A stretch of 64,000 nt of DNA from Eubacteriales bacterium. Its GTDB lineage: Bacteria; Bacillota; Clostridia; Oscillospirales; CAG-382. This document shows, one piece after another, positions 7,783-17,708 of the stretch. Numbering within the stretch: the stretch's first letter is position 1; each line of letters begins with the position of its first letter. The position numbers were made by a program, and so were the translations under genes. Location of the stretch: assembly GCA_045544855.1 (NCBI GenBank), contig JAZPZV010000023.1, positions 2,401 through 66,400 on the forward strand. Direction: 5' to 3'. Under the pieces are notes generated by a model. It saw only the letters and a program-made list of their open reading frames with translations, was not told the DNA's origin and did not search any database.

Positions 7783-9233
7783 GCTTGTTCTCCTTTCGTC
7801 TTACCGATCAGGAGGTTACTGCCTTCTGCACCCTTTTCCACGTCCATGGGGGAAAGATTCAGCTCTCTTGCCAAAATCTCCACCAAAAGCGGGGTACAGA
7901 ACCCGCCCTGGCATCTGCCCATGCCGCTGCGGAGGCGGTGCTTCAAGCCGTCCAGGGTGGTGGCGCGGGGTGCGCGGTGGATAGCCTCCACGATCTCACC
8001 CTCCGTCACCGTTTCGCAACGGCAGACCACCCGCCCGAAGGCAGGGTTTTTGCGGATCACGGCGTTCTTTTCCTCCACGGAGAGGGAGGAGAACCAATGG
8101 TAGGACTTCCGTTTGCCGTTAAAATCCTTGTTTTCGGTGAGCTCCAGCCCTGCTTGAGCCAACAATGCTACCGCATAGGGGGCGATGGCAGGAGCGGAGG
8201 AAAGACCGGGAGATTCTATTCCCGCCACCTGGAGGAAGCGGGGATCTTTTTCGGAAAAACGGATGATAAAATCCTCTTGATCCGGTACGCTTCTCACCCC
8301 GGTGAAGGAGGTGATGACGGCACGGAAGTTCAGACCGGGCACGCTCTTGACGGCGGTTTCCCGCACGAAGGCCAGCCCCTCGCGGGTGGTGGCGGTGTTG
8401 CCCTTTTCCCCGATGTTCAAGGCGGTGGGGCCTGTCAGCAGGTTGCCGTGAACGGTGGGGGTGACCAGAATGCCCTTGCCCATCTCGTTGGGGGTCTGGA
8501 AAATGGTGTGGGACACGGTGTCCCCTTCGGATTTATCCAACAGGAGATATTCTCCCGCTCTGGGCTTGATGGTAAAGCTGTCGTCCCCGATGAGGCGGGA
8601 GATCTCGTCGGAACGGATGCCCGCGCAGTTGACCACGTAATCCGCCTGCAGGGTCTTTTCTCCGCAGGTGAGGACAAAGGACGCCCCGTCCTTTTCAATG
8701 GCGGTGACGGGAGAAGCCATCCAAAGCTCCGCCCCGTTGTCTGCCGCATTGCCTGCGGCGGCGATGGCAAGGGAATAGGGACAGATGATCCCCGCAGAGG
8801 TACAGCGCAAAGCGCCGACTGCCTCGGGAGACAGGTTGGGCTCCAAAGCGTGAAGCTCCTCTGCATTCAATACGGAAAGACCGGGAACACCGTTTTCCAG
8901 CCCTCTGGCGTATAATTTGCCAACGTGCTCCATTTCCTTTTCGGAAAAAGCCAGCACCAAAGAGCCGTTGTTCTTGTAGGTAACCCCCAGATCCTCTGCC
9001 AAGGCGGGCATCATGGCCGCACCCTTGACGTTCAGCTTGGCCTTCAGCGTCCCGGGAACGGGGTCAAACCCGCCGTGGACGATGGCGCTGTTGGCCCCGG
9101 TTGCTCCCGTGGCCATATCCTCACGAGCCTCGATGAGCACCACCTTCAGCTCGTATTTCGTTAATTCTCTGGCGATCAGGCTACCTACGACACCCCCGCC
9201 GATGACGGCTACCGTCGGTTTCATGTTTCGCAC
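7779..9233 (-). CDS. FAD-dependent oxidoreductase (GlpA/LhgO-like) with C-terminal BFD-like [2Fe-2S] domain
   Basis: GGGVVG, ANSAIVHGG, GIESPGL, CRCE...GRCQGGFC; ATGA overlap with the downstream gene. Confidence 0.88.
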   Translation of the reverse strand: MRNMKPTVAVIGGGVVGSLIARELTKYELKVVLIEAREDMATGATGANSAIVHGGFDPVPGTLKAKLNVKGAAMMPALAEDLGVTYKNNGSLVLAFSEKEMEHVGKLYARGLENGVPGLSVLNAEELHALEPNLSPEAVGALRCTSAGIICPYSLAIAAAGNAADNGAELWMASPVTAIEKDGASFVLTCGEKTLQADYVVNCAGIRSDEISRLIGDDSFTIKPRAGEYLLLDKSEGDTVSHTIFQTPNEMGKGILVTPTVHGNLLTGPTALNIGEKGNTATTREGLAFVRETAVKSVPGLNFRAVITSFTGVRSVPDQEDFIIRFSEKDPRFLQVAGIESPGLSSAPAIAPYAVALLAQAGLELTENKDFNGKRKSYHWFSSLSVEEKNAVIRKNPAFGRVVCRCETVTEGEIVEAIHRAPRATTLDGLKHRLRSGMGRCQGGFCTPLLVEILARELNLSPMDVEKGAEGSNLLIGKTKGEQA

Positions 9234-9359
9234 ACTCCTCCCAAAACAAACATCAATGATTTAACATCTTATTCTATCACAAACCGCCATGGAAATCAAC
9301 CGCAAAACCCTTATTTTCCGTGGGTTTTTTCGTTTTTTGAAAAAGAAAGAGCTGAGTCT

Positions 9360-10226
9360 TCACGACTCAGCTCCGGGAATGGAAAAATCAATAAGTGTTT
9401 CAAGCTTGATATCGTTGGATGCGTTTTGCAGCAAGAGCGCACCGCAGACGGTTGTGCAGAGAGAAGCCACGGAGGACAAAATCTGCAGGAAATCGGCACC
9501 GCCTGCCAGCAGGCCCAACAAGCTCAGCGCGGAAAAACCTGTGACGATCCACAGAAGCACGGGGAGCAAGCGGGCGGGCTTTGCGGGAATGTCCAAGAGG
9601 AGCAGGTCCTTCATGGCGTTGCAATGCTTGATCAGCGGTACGCAGTACAGGAAAATGGCCGCTACGCAGACCGCACCGATGGCCAGCATCGCAAAGGTCA
9701 AGAGGTCGAACAGCTCTGCGATGTCGTTCAGGTTCAGATTCTCTACCAGCTCCATCAGAGATTCCCGGGTAGCGGGATCTTCGCGGAGCACCTGCTCTAC
9801 CGCCCTGGCCCCATTTTCGGAGCTGATGATCATACTGCTAAAAACCATCACTACGCCCATCAGAGCCAGACCCACCAGCTCGATGATGGCGACCACCTTG
9901 ATAACGGTAAAGCCTGTGGCCGGGATAGGCCCCGACCGATTGGCGTGCAACAAGAAGGAGAACAGGGTCCAGACCAACAGCCCGGACAGAACAGCTCCCG
10001 TCAATGCGGCGAAAACGCCGTTGATCCACAGATTGACGATAAAGGAGAACACAAGCGAGGCACACATCCCTACTGTGAGCGCTTTGATCAGCCCGGAATT
10101 TTTTACAATAAACCTGCGGAACGCAGAGGAGCCGGAGGCTCCCGGTTGGGAGATCTTTGCGTTGCAAGACATACAATAGCGGGCGCCTTCAAAAACGGAT
10201 GCGCCGCATTTGGGGCAGAATGACAT
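9360..10226 (-). CDS. Zinc-ribbon domain membrane protein
   Basis: MSFCPKCG...YCMSCN followed by about 6 hydrophobic helices; AAGGAGG RBS before ATG 10226. Confidence 0.75.
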   Translation of the reverse strand: MSFCPKCGASVFEGARYCMSCNAKISQPGASGSSAFRRFIVKNSGLIKALTVGMCASLVFSFIVNLWINGVFAALTGAVLSGLLVWTLFSFLLHANRSGPIPATGFTVIKVVAIIELVGLALMGVVMVFSSMIISSENGARAVEQVLREDPATRESLMELVENLNLNDIAELFDLLTFAMLAIGAVCVAAIFLYCVPLIKHCNAMKDLLLLDIPAKPARLLPVLLWIVTGFSALSLLGLLAGGADFLQILSSVASLCTTVCGALLLQNASNDIKLETLIDFSIPGAES

Positions 10227-10254
10227 AGAAACCCTCCTTTTTGTTTTCAATTAC

Positions 10255-10283
10255 AGTATAACGCATGAAAAGCCGATTGTCAA
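10255..10283 (-). promoter_or_regulatory. SigA promoter for the zinc-ribbon membrane protein
   Basis: Minus strand TTGACA-N17-TATACT. Confidence 0.7.
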
Positions 10284-10356
10284 GTGCGTTTCGTCCCGAG
10301 GATTTGCAGATTGTCCCACCGGAAGTTTTTTGCAGAGGCAGATGCTCTTCTTTCCC

Positions 10357-10385
10357 TTGACGGCGGGGGGATTTTGTGATATACT
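10357..10385 (+). promoter_or_regulatory. SigA promoter of polA
   Basis: TTGACG-N17-TATACT with TG extension. Confidence 0.65.
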
Positions 10386-10414
10386 ATGCTTGAGAAAATT
10401 TGTCGGAGGGCAAT

Positions 10415-12907
10415 ATGGAAAAGCTCATCGTTTTTGACGGCAACAGCATTCTGAACCGTGCGTTTTACGGGGTGCGCCCCCTTTCCACCAAGGAAGGCAT
10501 CCCTACCAACGCCATCTTTGGGTTCGTGAACATCATCCGCCGCGCCATGCAGGAGGCGGGGGAGGATCTGAAGTACGCCGCCATCGCCTTCGATCGCAAG
10601 GGGCCCACCTTCCGACACAAGGCCTGCGATTTTTATAAGGCCAACCGCAAGGGGATGCCCGAGGAGCTGGCACAGCAAATGCCCTACGCAAAAGAGGTTG
10701 CCGCGGCTTTGGGGCTTGCGGTGGTGGAATTGTCCGGCTTTGAGGCGGACGACATCATCGGCACGTTAACGGAGAGCTTCTCCCGCCGCGGGACGGAGTG
10801 CATCATCGTCACGGGGGACAGGGACAGCTTCCAATTGGTGAACAACCGTGTCACCGTCCACCTTGCCGCCACCAATGAGACCCGTGTCACCGGGGTGAAG
10901 GAAATTTTTGAGCAATACGGGGTGGATCCCAAGCGCCTGATCGAGATCAAGGCTATCATGGGGGACAGCTCCGACAACATTCCCGGGGTGGCGGGCATCG
11001 GCGAAAAGGGTGCTATCAAGCTGATCGCCCAGTACGGGGACGTAGAGGGTGTCTACGCCAACATCCAGGAGATCAAGGGCGCTTTGCACGACAAGCTGTT
11101 GGCGGGGAAGGAAATGGCCTACACCTCCCGCTTCTTGGCGGAGATCCGCTTGGATGCGCCTATCGAAACCGCCCCCGAGGGCTATCTTTACGGGGGACAG
11201 AACGTTCCCGCTTTACGGGAATTGTATACCAAATTGGAGTTCCGCAAGCTGTTGGAGCAGCTGCCCGGGGAGGAAGAAGCCGTCCCCGCGGCGGAATTGC
11301 CGGAGCAAGTGACCTATACGGAGGCGGACACCGTCTGCGCAGACCGTTTCGGGGTGTTGCCCGCAGAGGATGGCTGTCTGGTTTTTGACGGCAATGCGGG
11401 CTACCGTATTCCCTGGGACAGGGCGGAAGCTTTGTTTGCCCGGGGAAAGACCGCTTTGGTGTGGTCGATCAAGGAGACTCTGCATACACTTTGGAACAGG
11501 GGGATCGAGCCTGCCTGCGAGATGGAGGATCTCTCCCTGCTGGCATATCTTTCTTCTCCTGCGGATAACGGCATTTCCTTTGCGGGAGCGGTGTTCCGCG
11601 CCACCCAGGCCGTGGTGGAGGACGTTCCCGACCCCGCCTTGTATTTCCTGTTGTACGACGCCTTCCGTCCCTCTCTGACGGAAGCCTTGGAAAAGCTTTA
11701 CACCGAGATGGAAAAGCCCCTTGCCTACGTGCTGGCGGACATGGAAAAGGAGGGATTCCTTCTGGACCGCGGGGGCTTAGAGGCCTTCACCGCCGCCCTG
11801 GAGGAGGAAATTGACCTCTACGCCCGGCAGATCTACGCTTTGGCAGGGCATGAATTTAATATCAATTCTCCCAAGCAGTTGGGGGAGGTATTGTTTGAGG
11901 AGCGGAAGCTTCCCCACTACAAAAAGACAAAATCCGGCTATTCCACCGACGCGGAGACCCTGGAAAAGCTGGCCCTCTACGACCCCTTGGTGCAGTTGAT
12001 CTTGGATTACCGCAAGGCCGCCAAGCTGAGATCCACCTACGGGGAAGGGCTGTTGAAGGTGATCTCCGAGGACGGCAGAGTTCACACCACCTTCAAGCAG
12101 ACCATGACCATGACGGGCAGACTTTCCTCCGCAGAGCCCAATTTGCAGAACATCCCCGTCCGCACGGAAAAGGGGAGAGAGCTGCGGAAGTTCTTCAAGG
12201 CAAGGGAAGGATGCGTTCTGGTGGATGCGGACTATTCCCAGATCGAATTGCGGTTGCTTGCCCACATTTCCGGGGACGAGGCTCTGTGCAACGCCTTCCG
12301 TGAGGGGGCGGACATCCACACCGCCACCGCCGCCCAGGTCTACGGCGTGCCCATGGAGATGGTGACGGGGGAGATGCGCAAATCCGCCAAGGCGGTGAAC
12401 TTCGGCATCATCTACGGCATCGGGGAGTATTCCCTGTCTCAGGACATCGGTGTTTCCGTCAAGGAGGCCAAGGGCTTCATCGCCAGATATTTTGAGAAAT
12501 ATCCCGCCATTCGGGACTATATGGAGTGGGCAAAATCCTTTGCCGCAGAGCACGGCTACGTGGAGACCCTTTACGGCAGACGCCGTGAGATCCCCGAAAT
12601 GAAGCAGGCCAACAAGATGCGCCGTGCCTTCGGGGAGCGGGTGGCCATGAATACCCCCATCCAGGGAACGGCGGCGGATCTCATCAAGATCGCCATGATC
12701 CGTGTGTTCCACGCCTTGAAGAAAGCGGGTCTGGAAGCCAAGCTGATCCTGCAGATCCACGACGAACTCATCGTGGAAGCTCCCGAAGGGGAAGCAGAGC
12801 AGGTAAAGGCGCTTTTGGAAAAGGAAATGGTGGAAGCGGCAGAGTTTGCCGTGCCCTTGGTGGCAGACGCCAAGATCGGCAAAAGCTGGTACGATGCAAA
12901 AGACTAA
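10415..12907 (+). CDS. polA: DNA polymerase I
   Basis: 5'-3' exonuclease motifs (FDGNS, EADD, TGDRD, GDSSDNIPG) and PolA motifs DYSQIELR, KAVNFGIIYG, LQIHDEL; GGAGG RBS. Confidence 0.97.
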   Translation: MEKLIVFDGNSILNRAFYGVRPLSTKEGIPTNAIFGFVNIIRRAMQEAGEDLKYAAIAFDRKGPTFRHKACDFYKANRKGMPEELAQQMPYAKEVAAALGLAVVELSGFEADDIIGTLTESFSRRGTECIIVTGDRDSFQLVNNRVTVHLAATNETRVTGVKEIFEQYGVDPKRLIEIKAIMGDSSDNIPGVAGIGEKGAIKLIAQYGDVEGVYANIQEIKGALHDKLLAGKEMAYTSRFLAEIRLDAPIETAPEGYLYGGQNVPALRELYTKLEFRKLLEQLPGEEEAVPAAELPEQVTYTEADTVCADRFGVLPAEDGCLVFDGNAGYRIPWDRAEALFARGKTALVWSIKETLHTLWNRGIEPACEMEDLSLLAYLSSPADNGISFAGAVFRATQAVVEDVPDPALYFLLYDAFRPSLTEALEKLYTEMEKPLAYVLADMEKEGFLLDRGGLEAFTAALEEEIDLYARQIYALAGHEFNINSPKQLGEVLFEERKLPHYKKTKSGYSTDAETLEKLALYDPLVQLILDYRKAAKLRSTYGEGLLKVISEDGRVHTTFKQTMTMTGRLSSAEPNLQNIPVRTEKGRELRKFFKAREGCVLVDADYSQIELRLLAHISGDEALCNAFREGADIHTATAAQVYGVPMEMVTGEMRKSAKAVNFGIIYGIGEYSLSQDIGVSVKEAKGFIARYFEKYPAIRDYMEWAKSFAAEHGYVETLYGRRREIPEMKQANKMRRAFGERVAMNTPIQGTAADLIKIAMIRVFHALKKAGLEAKLILQIHDELIVEAPEGEAEQVKALLEKEMVEAAEFAVPLVADAKIGKSWYDAKD

Positions 12908-12912
12908 AGACC

Positions 12913-13073
12913 TGCTTGTAAAACTGCGTTTTACAAGCATGAACCGCGCGGCGGGGTACGCGCGCTTATCGCCGCCTGTCAAAATCTTTGATTTCAACAG
13001 GCTCCCCTCGGCGCGCGAACTCGCTTCGCTCGCTTAAAAGGTGTTTTTCCGAAGGCGAAGCCTCCGAAAAAAC
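12913..13073. repeat. Multi-hairpin REP-like intergenic element
   Basis: Perfect 12-bp stem TGCTTGTAAAAC/GTTTTACAAGCA (12913-12939) plus further GC-rich imperfect hairpins up to 13073. Confidence 0.5.
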
Positions 13074-13137
13074 GGAATTTATTATATTTTGCGTGCCACG
13101 GACGCTACTTGACGCAAAAGATTAAGGAGACGTAACT

Positions 13138-14964
13138 ATGTGCGGGATCGTAGGATTTACGGGCAACCCGGAGAATAAAGAGCAGATCATCCGCGCCATG
13201 GCGGATGCCATTGCCCACAGAGGCCCCGACGGAGAAGGCTATTTCTGCGAAGACGGGGTGGCTCTGGGGCATCGCAGGCTTTCCATCATCGACTTGGAGG
13301 GGGGCGCACAGCCTCTGTTCAACGAAGATGGCAGTCTTGCCTTGGTGTTCAACGGGGAGATCTATAATTTCATGGAGCTTCGGGAGGAGCTTTTGGCAAA
13401 AGGACATACCTTCACCACCCGTTCCGACAGCGAGGTGCTGTTGCACGGATTTGAGGAATGGGGAACGGCGTTGCCGGAAAAGCTGCGGGGAATGTTCGCC
13501 TTCGTGATCTGGAACAAAAACGAAAGGGAGCTGTTTGCCGCAAGAGATCCCTTCGGCATCAAGCCCTTCTATTACGACGCAAGGGATGGCAGACTGCTGT
13601 TCGCCAGCGAGATCAAGGCTTTTCTCCATCACCCGGAGTTCAAAAAAGAGTTTAACGAGTCGCAACTGACTCTGTACCTTTCCTGCCAGTATTCCCCCGG
13701 GGAGGACACCTTCTTTACAGGGGTGAAAAAGCTTCTCGCGGGGCACCGTCTGCTTTGGAAGGACGGGGAATTGACTGTGGAGCGGTATTTTGAGCCCACT
13801 TTCGTTCCCAATGCGGAAAAGACCGAGGAGGAATGGGTGGAGACAATCGACAAGGTGATGGCAGATTCCGTCCGTGCCCACAAGATCGCCGACGTGGAGG
13901 TAGGGTCTTTCCTGTCCTCCGGGGTGGATTCCAGCTTCGTGGCTTGCATCGCCAAGGTGGACAAGACCTTTACCGTGGGCTTTGAAAACCGCAATTACGA
14001 CGAGGCGGAGTATGCAAAGGCCTTCTCCAAAGAGCTTGGGGTGAAGCACAGCGTGTACTACATCAGCCCCGAGGAATATTGGGAGAACCTGCCAAAGATC
14101 CAGTACCACATGGACGAGCCCTTGGCAGATGCCGCCGCCGCGGCGCTGTTCTTCTTAAACAGAGATGCCGCCAAGCAGGTGAAGGTCTGCCTTTCCGGTG
14201 AGGGGGCGGACGAGTTCTTCGGTGGCTACAACGTGTACAAAGAGCCCTTTGCCTTGGCTTGGTTCGATAAGCTTCCCGGGTTTCTCCGCAGAGGCCTTGG
14301 CAAGGTGGCGGAAAGATTCCCCCGCATGAAGGGCGCCAACTTCCTGTTGCGCCGTGCCAAGCCCTTGGAGGAGCGTTACATCGGCAACACCAACCTGATG
14401 AGCGAATCCTTCAAAAAACAGCTGCTTTTGAATTACGACGGCAAGGTGAAGCCCACCGACCTTACCAAGGCTTACCGCCACAAGCTGAAGGGGATGGATG
14501 CCGTCACCAAAATGCAATACATTGACCTGCACACCTGGCTCATGGGAGATATCCTGCTGAAGGCGGATAAAATGAGCATGGCCAGCAGTCTGGAATTGCG
14601 CGTTCCCTTCCTTGACCGAGAGGTGTTCGCCCTGGCCTCCACCATCCCCACCAAGTACCGTGCCAATAAAAACGGCACCAAGCTTGCTATGCGCAAAGCC
14701 GCCGCCAAGCACATTCCCGATGGGGTGGCCTCTAAGAAAAAGCTGGGCTTCCCCGTTCCGGTGAGAGCCTGGCTGAGAGAGGAAAAATACGCCTCTCTGG
14801 TGCGGGAGCAGTTCGCCTCTCCCCACGCCGCCAAATTCTTCCGCACCGATGTCCTCTTGCAGCTTTTGGAGGAGCACGTGTCGGAAAAGAAAGACAATTG
14901 GCGTCAGATCTGGTGCGTTTTTGTCTTCTTGGTGTGGTACGAGGAGTTTTTTGTCAAACGGTGA
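13138..14964 (+). CDS. asnB: Asparagine synthase (glutamine-hydrolysing)
   Basis: MCGI Ntn cysteine, HRGPD, RLSIID, FNGEIYN, LSSGVDSS, SGEGADE, ELRVPFLD. Confidence 0.95.
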   Translation: MCGIVGFTGNPENKEQIIRAMADAIAHRGPDGEGYFCEDGVALGHRRLSIIDLEGGAQPLFNEDGSLALVFNGEIYNFMELREELLAKGHTFTTRSDSEVLLHGFEEWGTALPEKLRGMFAFVIWNKNERELFAARDPFGIKPFYYDARDGRLLFASEIKAFLHHPEFKKEFNESQLTLYLSCQYSPGEDTFFTGVKKLLAGHRLLWKDGELTVERYFEPTFVPNAEKTEEEWVETIDKVMADSVRAHKIADVEVGSFLSSGVDSSFVACIAKVDKTFTVGFENRNYDEAEYAKAFSKELGVKHSVYYISPEEYWENLPKIQYHMDEPLADAAAAALFFLNRDAAKQVKVCLSGEGADEFFGGYNVYKEPFALAWFDKLPGFLRRGLGKVAERFPRMKGANFLLRRAKPLEERYIGNTNLMSESFKKQLLLNYDGKVKPTDLTKAYRHKLKGMDAVTKMQYIDLHTWLMGDILLKADKMSMASSLELRVPFLDREVFALASTIPTKYRANKNGTKLAMRKAAAKHIPDGVASKKKLGFPVPVRAWLREEKYASLVREQFASPHAAKFFRTDVLLQLLEEHVSEKKDNWRQIWCVFVFLVWYEEFFVKR

Positions 14965-15088
14965 ACGCTTTTTACAAAATGTTTTCAATTAGCCCTTGCA
15001 AAATAAAAAGGGCGTGTTATAATAGTGTATACCTTGCATATACCCTGTTTCGACAGACTACATCCTATGAAAGGAAATAGAGATCATT

Positions 15089-17251
15089 ATGACCCGTAAC
15101 GTAAAATTGTTTCTTACCATGTTCCTGGTGTTCACTCTGCTGTCCGTTTTTGGGGCGGTGGCATTGGCTGAACCGGAGGATACCTGCACGGTAAAGCTGG
15201 AGGGAGAATTGGAGGCGTTTTCTGCCTATTTCAACGGTGCAGACACCCCCGCTACCGAATTCCAAGCTCCCGTGGGCGCAACCTTGAGCATTCGCATCGT
15301 GCCCGCCGAGGGATACCGGGTGGACAGCGTAAAGCTGTTCAACGCCGTGCCCGTTCCTACGGAGGATAACCTGGTGTATTCCCTTGAGATCACCGAGAGC
15401 ATGGAATACGTTCTCAACGTAAAGACCACTCAGGTGGTTGTGGAGCTTCCTTCCGAGGATCCCTCCGAGGACCCTGTTCCTTCCGAGGACCCTGCACCCT
15501 CCGAAGAGCCCTCCGTTGAGCCTTCCGAGGAACCCTCCGAGGAACCTTCCGAGGAACCTTCTGTTGAGCCTTCCGAGGAACCCTCCGAAGAACCTTCTGA
15601 AGAGCCTTCCGAAGAGCCTTCCGAGGAGCCCTCCGACGAGCCCTCCGACGAGCCTTCCGATGAGCCCTCCGATGAGCCCTCCGACGAGCCTTCCGACGAA
15701 CCCTCCGACGAGCCCTCCGATGAGCCCTCCGAAGAGCCCTCCGAAGAGCCCGATCCCGAGACCGCAGAGCTCCGCGTGACCATCAAGGGCGCAGGCTCCG
15801 TGCAGGCAGGGGACACCCTGATCACCGGCACCGGCAACCGAGTGGTGGAATCCGTTTGGCTGGAAATGGGCGTGGCAACTCCCATTAAGATCACTCCCGC
15901 ACTGGGTCATAAGCTCGTTGGCTTGAAGGTGGACGGCAAGGAAAGAGACCTTTCCAGAGGCGTTTCCTCCTTGCGGATCACCGAACTCACCACCCTGGAG
16001 GTGACCTTTGAAGAAGAGGTCATCACCGTTCCCACATACCAGATCGTTGTTTCCTGTGCCACCGCAGGCGGTTACGTTTCCGCAGGCGGCTACACCATCA
16101 CCTCCGGCAGTGCCACCACCATCAACGTGGAGGCAGGGCAGTCTTTGGTGATCAGCGTTTACGCCGCAGACGGCTATCAGATCGATGCCTTCCGTGTAGG
16201 CGGTGCGGCGCAGAACCTCACCGACGGTACTTACGTGCTGGAGAACGTAGCGGCCAACGCTACCGTTACCGTCAGCTTCAAGGAAGTGGTCACCGAGATC
16301 AATCCTGTGGAGGCAGAGGATTTCGATTGGACGCCCGACGCCAACGGAATGATCGTTCTGGATCTCACGGGGAACTCTTACATCGGCAAGTCCGTGTTCG
16401 ATAAGATCAACACCCTCACCGCAGAAAGCGGCAGCTACGTGGTTCTGAAGACCGCTTACGTGCAGTGGTTCATCCCCTGCGGCGGCATTGTAGAGGGCGT
16501 GGAGAAGGAGTACATCAACTTCGCCGTTGCCGTAGACGGGGACGGTTCTTACTACGAGATCATCCGTAACGCAGTTCTTTCCGCAGACGCAGAGACTGTG
16601 TTCAAGTATTTCGAGCTGGCAGAGACGCCCACCTTCCCCGAAGGCACTCTGGCTTCCTTCAACCTTTCCGAGCTTGCCACCGCTACCGGCGGCGACGGCG
16701 TTGACCTGATGGTCAAGGACGGAACCAATCTGAAGGTGGTTGGGGTTGGCACCACCGAGGCAGGCGGCTGGACCGCCCGCATGACCTTCCTGACCTCCCG
16801 CAACATGGTGGTACGTATCAAGGTGCTTGACACCTACGTGCTCCAGGCGGCGGCAGGGAACGGCGGTACCATCACCCCCGCAGGTGCGAACACCGTATCC
16901 CGCGGCGGTGAATTGGCGTTCACCATCACCGCAGACAGCGGATTTATCATCTCTGCCGTATACGTGGACGGTGTTGCCATTGCAGGTCCTGCAGGCAGAA
17001 CCGCTTACCTGTACACCGCAAGCGACGTCAGCGCAGATCACACCATCCGTGTGGAATACCTCTCCGCAAGTGTGAACTTCCAGATCGTTGGCAACGTGGC
17101 CGTTGAGGTGGAGGAAAGCTCTGTGGAAAGCATTCCCGAAGAGCCCGTACGTTCCAACACCGGTCTCATCGTAGCCTTGGTGATCATCTTCGTAGCCATC
17201 GCAGGTGCGGCAGCATTGTTCATCGTGAAGTGGCGCCAGGAAAAGTTTTAA
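15089..17251 (+). CDS. Secreted, membrane-anchored surface protein with PSEE/PSDE linker and InlB-B-repeat-like beta domains
   Basis: Signal peptide; repeated units such as '[16 protein letters not shown]...DHTIRV'; long acidic linker; C-terminal TM plus KWRQEKF. Confidence 0.8.
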   Translation: MTRNVKLFLTMFLVFTLLSVFGAVALAEPEDTCTVKLEGELEAFSAYFNGADTPATEFQAPVGATLSIRIVPAEGYRVDSVKLFNAVPVPTEDNLVYSLEITESMEYVLNVKTTQVVVELPSEDPSEDPVPSEDPAPSEEPSVEPSEEPSEEPSEEPSVEPSEEPSEEPSEEPSEEPSEEPSDEPSDEPSDEPSDEPSDEPSDEPSDEPSDEPSEEPSEEPDPETAELRVTIKGAGSVQAGDTLITGTGNRVVESVWLEMGVATPIKITPALGHKLVGLKVDGKERDLSRGVSSLRITELTTLEVTFEEEVITVPTYQIVVSCATAGGYVSAGGYTITSGSATTINVEAGQSLVISVYAADGYQIDAFRVGGAAQNLTDGTYVLENVAANATVTVSFKEVVTEINPVEAEDFDWTPDANGMIVLDLTGNSYIGKSVFDKINTLTAESGSYVVLKTAYVQWFIPCGGIVEGVEKEYINFAVAVDGDGSYYEIIRNAVLSADAETVFKYFELAETPTFPEGTLASFNLSELATATGGDGVDLMVKDGTNLKVVGVGTTEAGGWTARMTFLTSRNMVVRIKVLDTYVLQAAAGNGGTITPAGANTVSRGGELAFTITADSGFIISAVYVDGVAIAGPAGRTAYLYTASDVSADHTIRVEYLSASVNFQIVGNVAVEVEESSVESIPEEPVRSNTGLIVALVIIFVAIAGAAALFIVKWRQEKF
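15448..15750 (+). repeat. 12-bp tandem repeat (CCYTCCGANGAR) encoding (PSEE/PSDE)n
   Basis: About 25 in-frame units read directly. Confidence 0.9.
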
Positions 17252-17264
17252 TCCTTAAATAATC

Positions 17265-17303
17265 AAAACTCCGTAAGAGCGTAACAGCTTTTACGGAGTT
17301 TTT
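17265..17303. terminator. Intrinsic terminator after the surface protein gene
   Basis: AAAACTCCGTAA...TTACGGAGTTTT stem with T run. Confidence 0.75.
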
Positions 17304-17334
17304 ATGTGCAGGAGCTTCATCCTAAGTTGGAAAT

Positions 17335-17618
17335 AGGAACCTCATCCACCGTCTCGGGGGTCTTATTCAATGCCTCTGCCATAATTAGATCTCCCCGCGA
17401 CGGTCCCCCTTCCCCGCTTGCGGGGAAGGTGAAGCACGCCGCCGGCGTGCGCACAAATGCGTTCAATCGTTCACGGACACAAGCAATGGCGTAAATACAG
17501 AAAAGCTTTTGTCCGCCCCGCGAGGGGCCAACCTTCCCCACTGGTGGGGAAAAGAAATCTCCCTTCGGTCGATTACTTTCGGGGGACCATACGCTTGCGT
17601 ATGGTGGATGAGGTTCCT
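17335..17618. repeat. MITE/REPIN-like element with 16-bp terminal inverted repeats
   Basis: AGGAACCTCATCCACC (17335-17350) / GGTGGATGAGGTTCCT (17603-17618); internal TTCCCC...GGGGAA hairpins at about 17409 and 17532. Confidence 0.7.
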
Positions 17619-17708
17619 TTTTCCGCACAAGTCGAAGCTTTTGCGGAAGGAAGCCCCCCTGTCAACAAAAAAACAGTGCGGTTGTTCGCCGCACTGCGTA
17701 TCTCGTAT

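Noticed and set aside
9289-10223. Plus-strand ORFs of 296 and 265 aa
   Set aside because: The minus-strand ORF has the promoter, RBS, zinc ribbon and TM helices; the plus-strand frames are shadows.
11270-11700. Degenerate 3'-5' exonuclease region of PolA
   Set aside because: Loss of proofreading residues in Pol I is normal for Bacillota.
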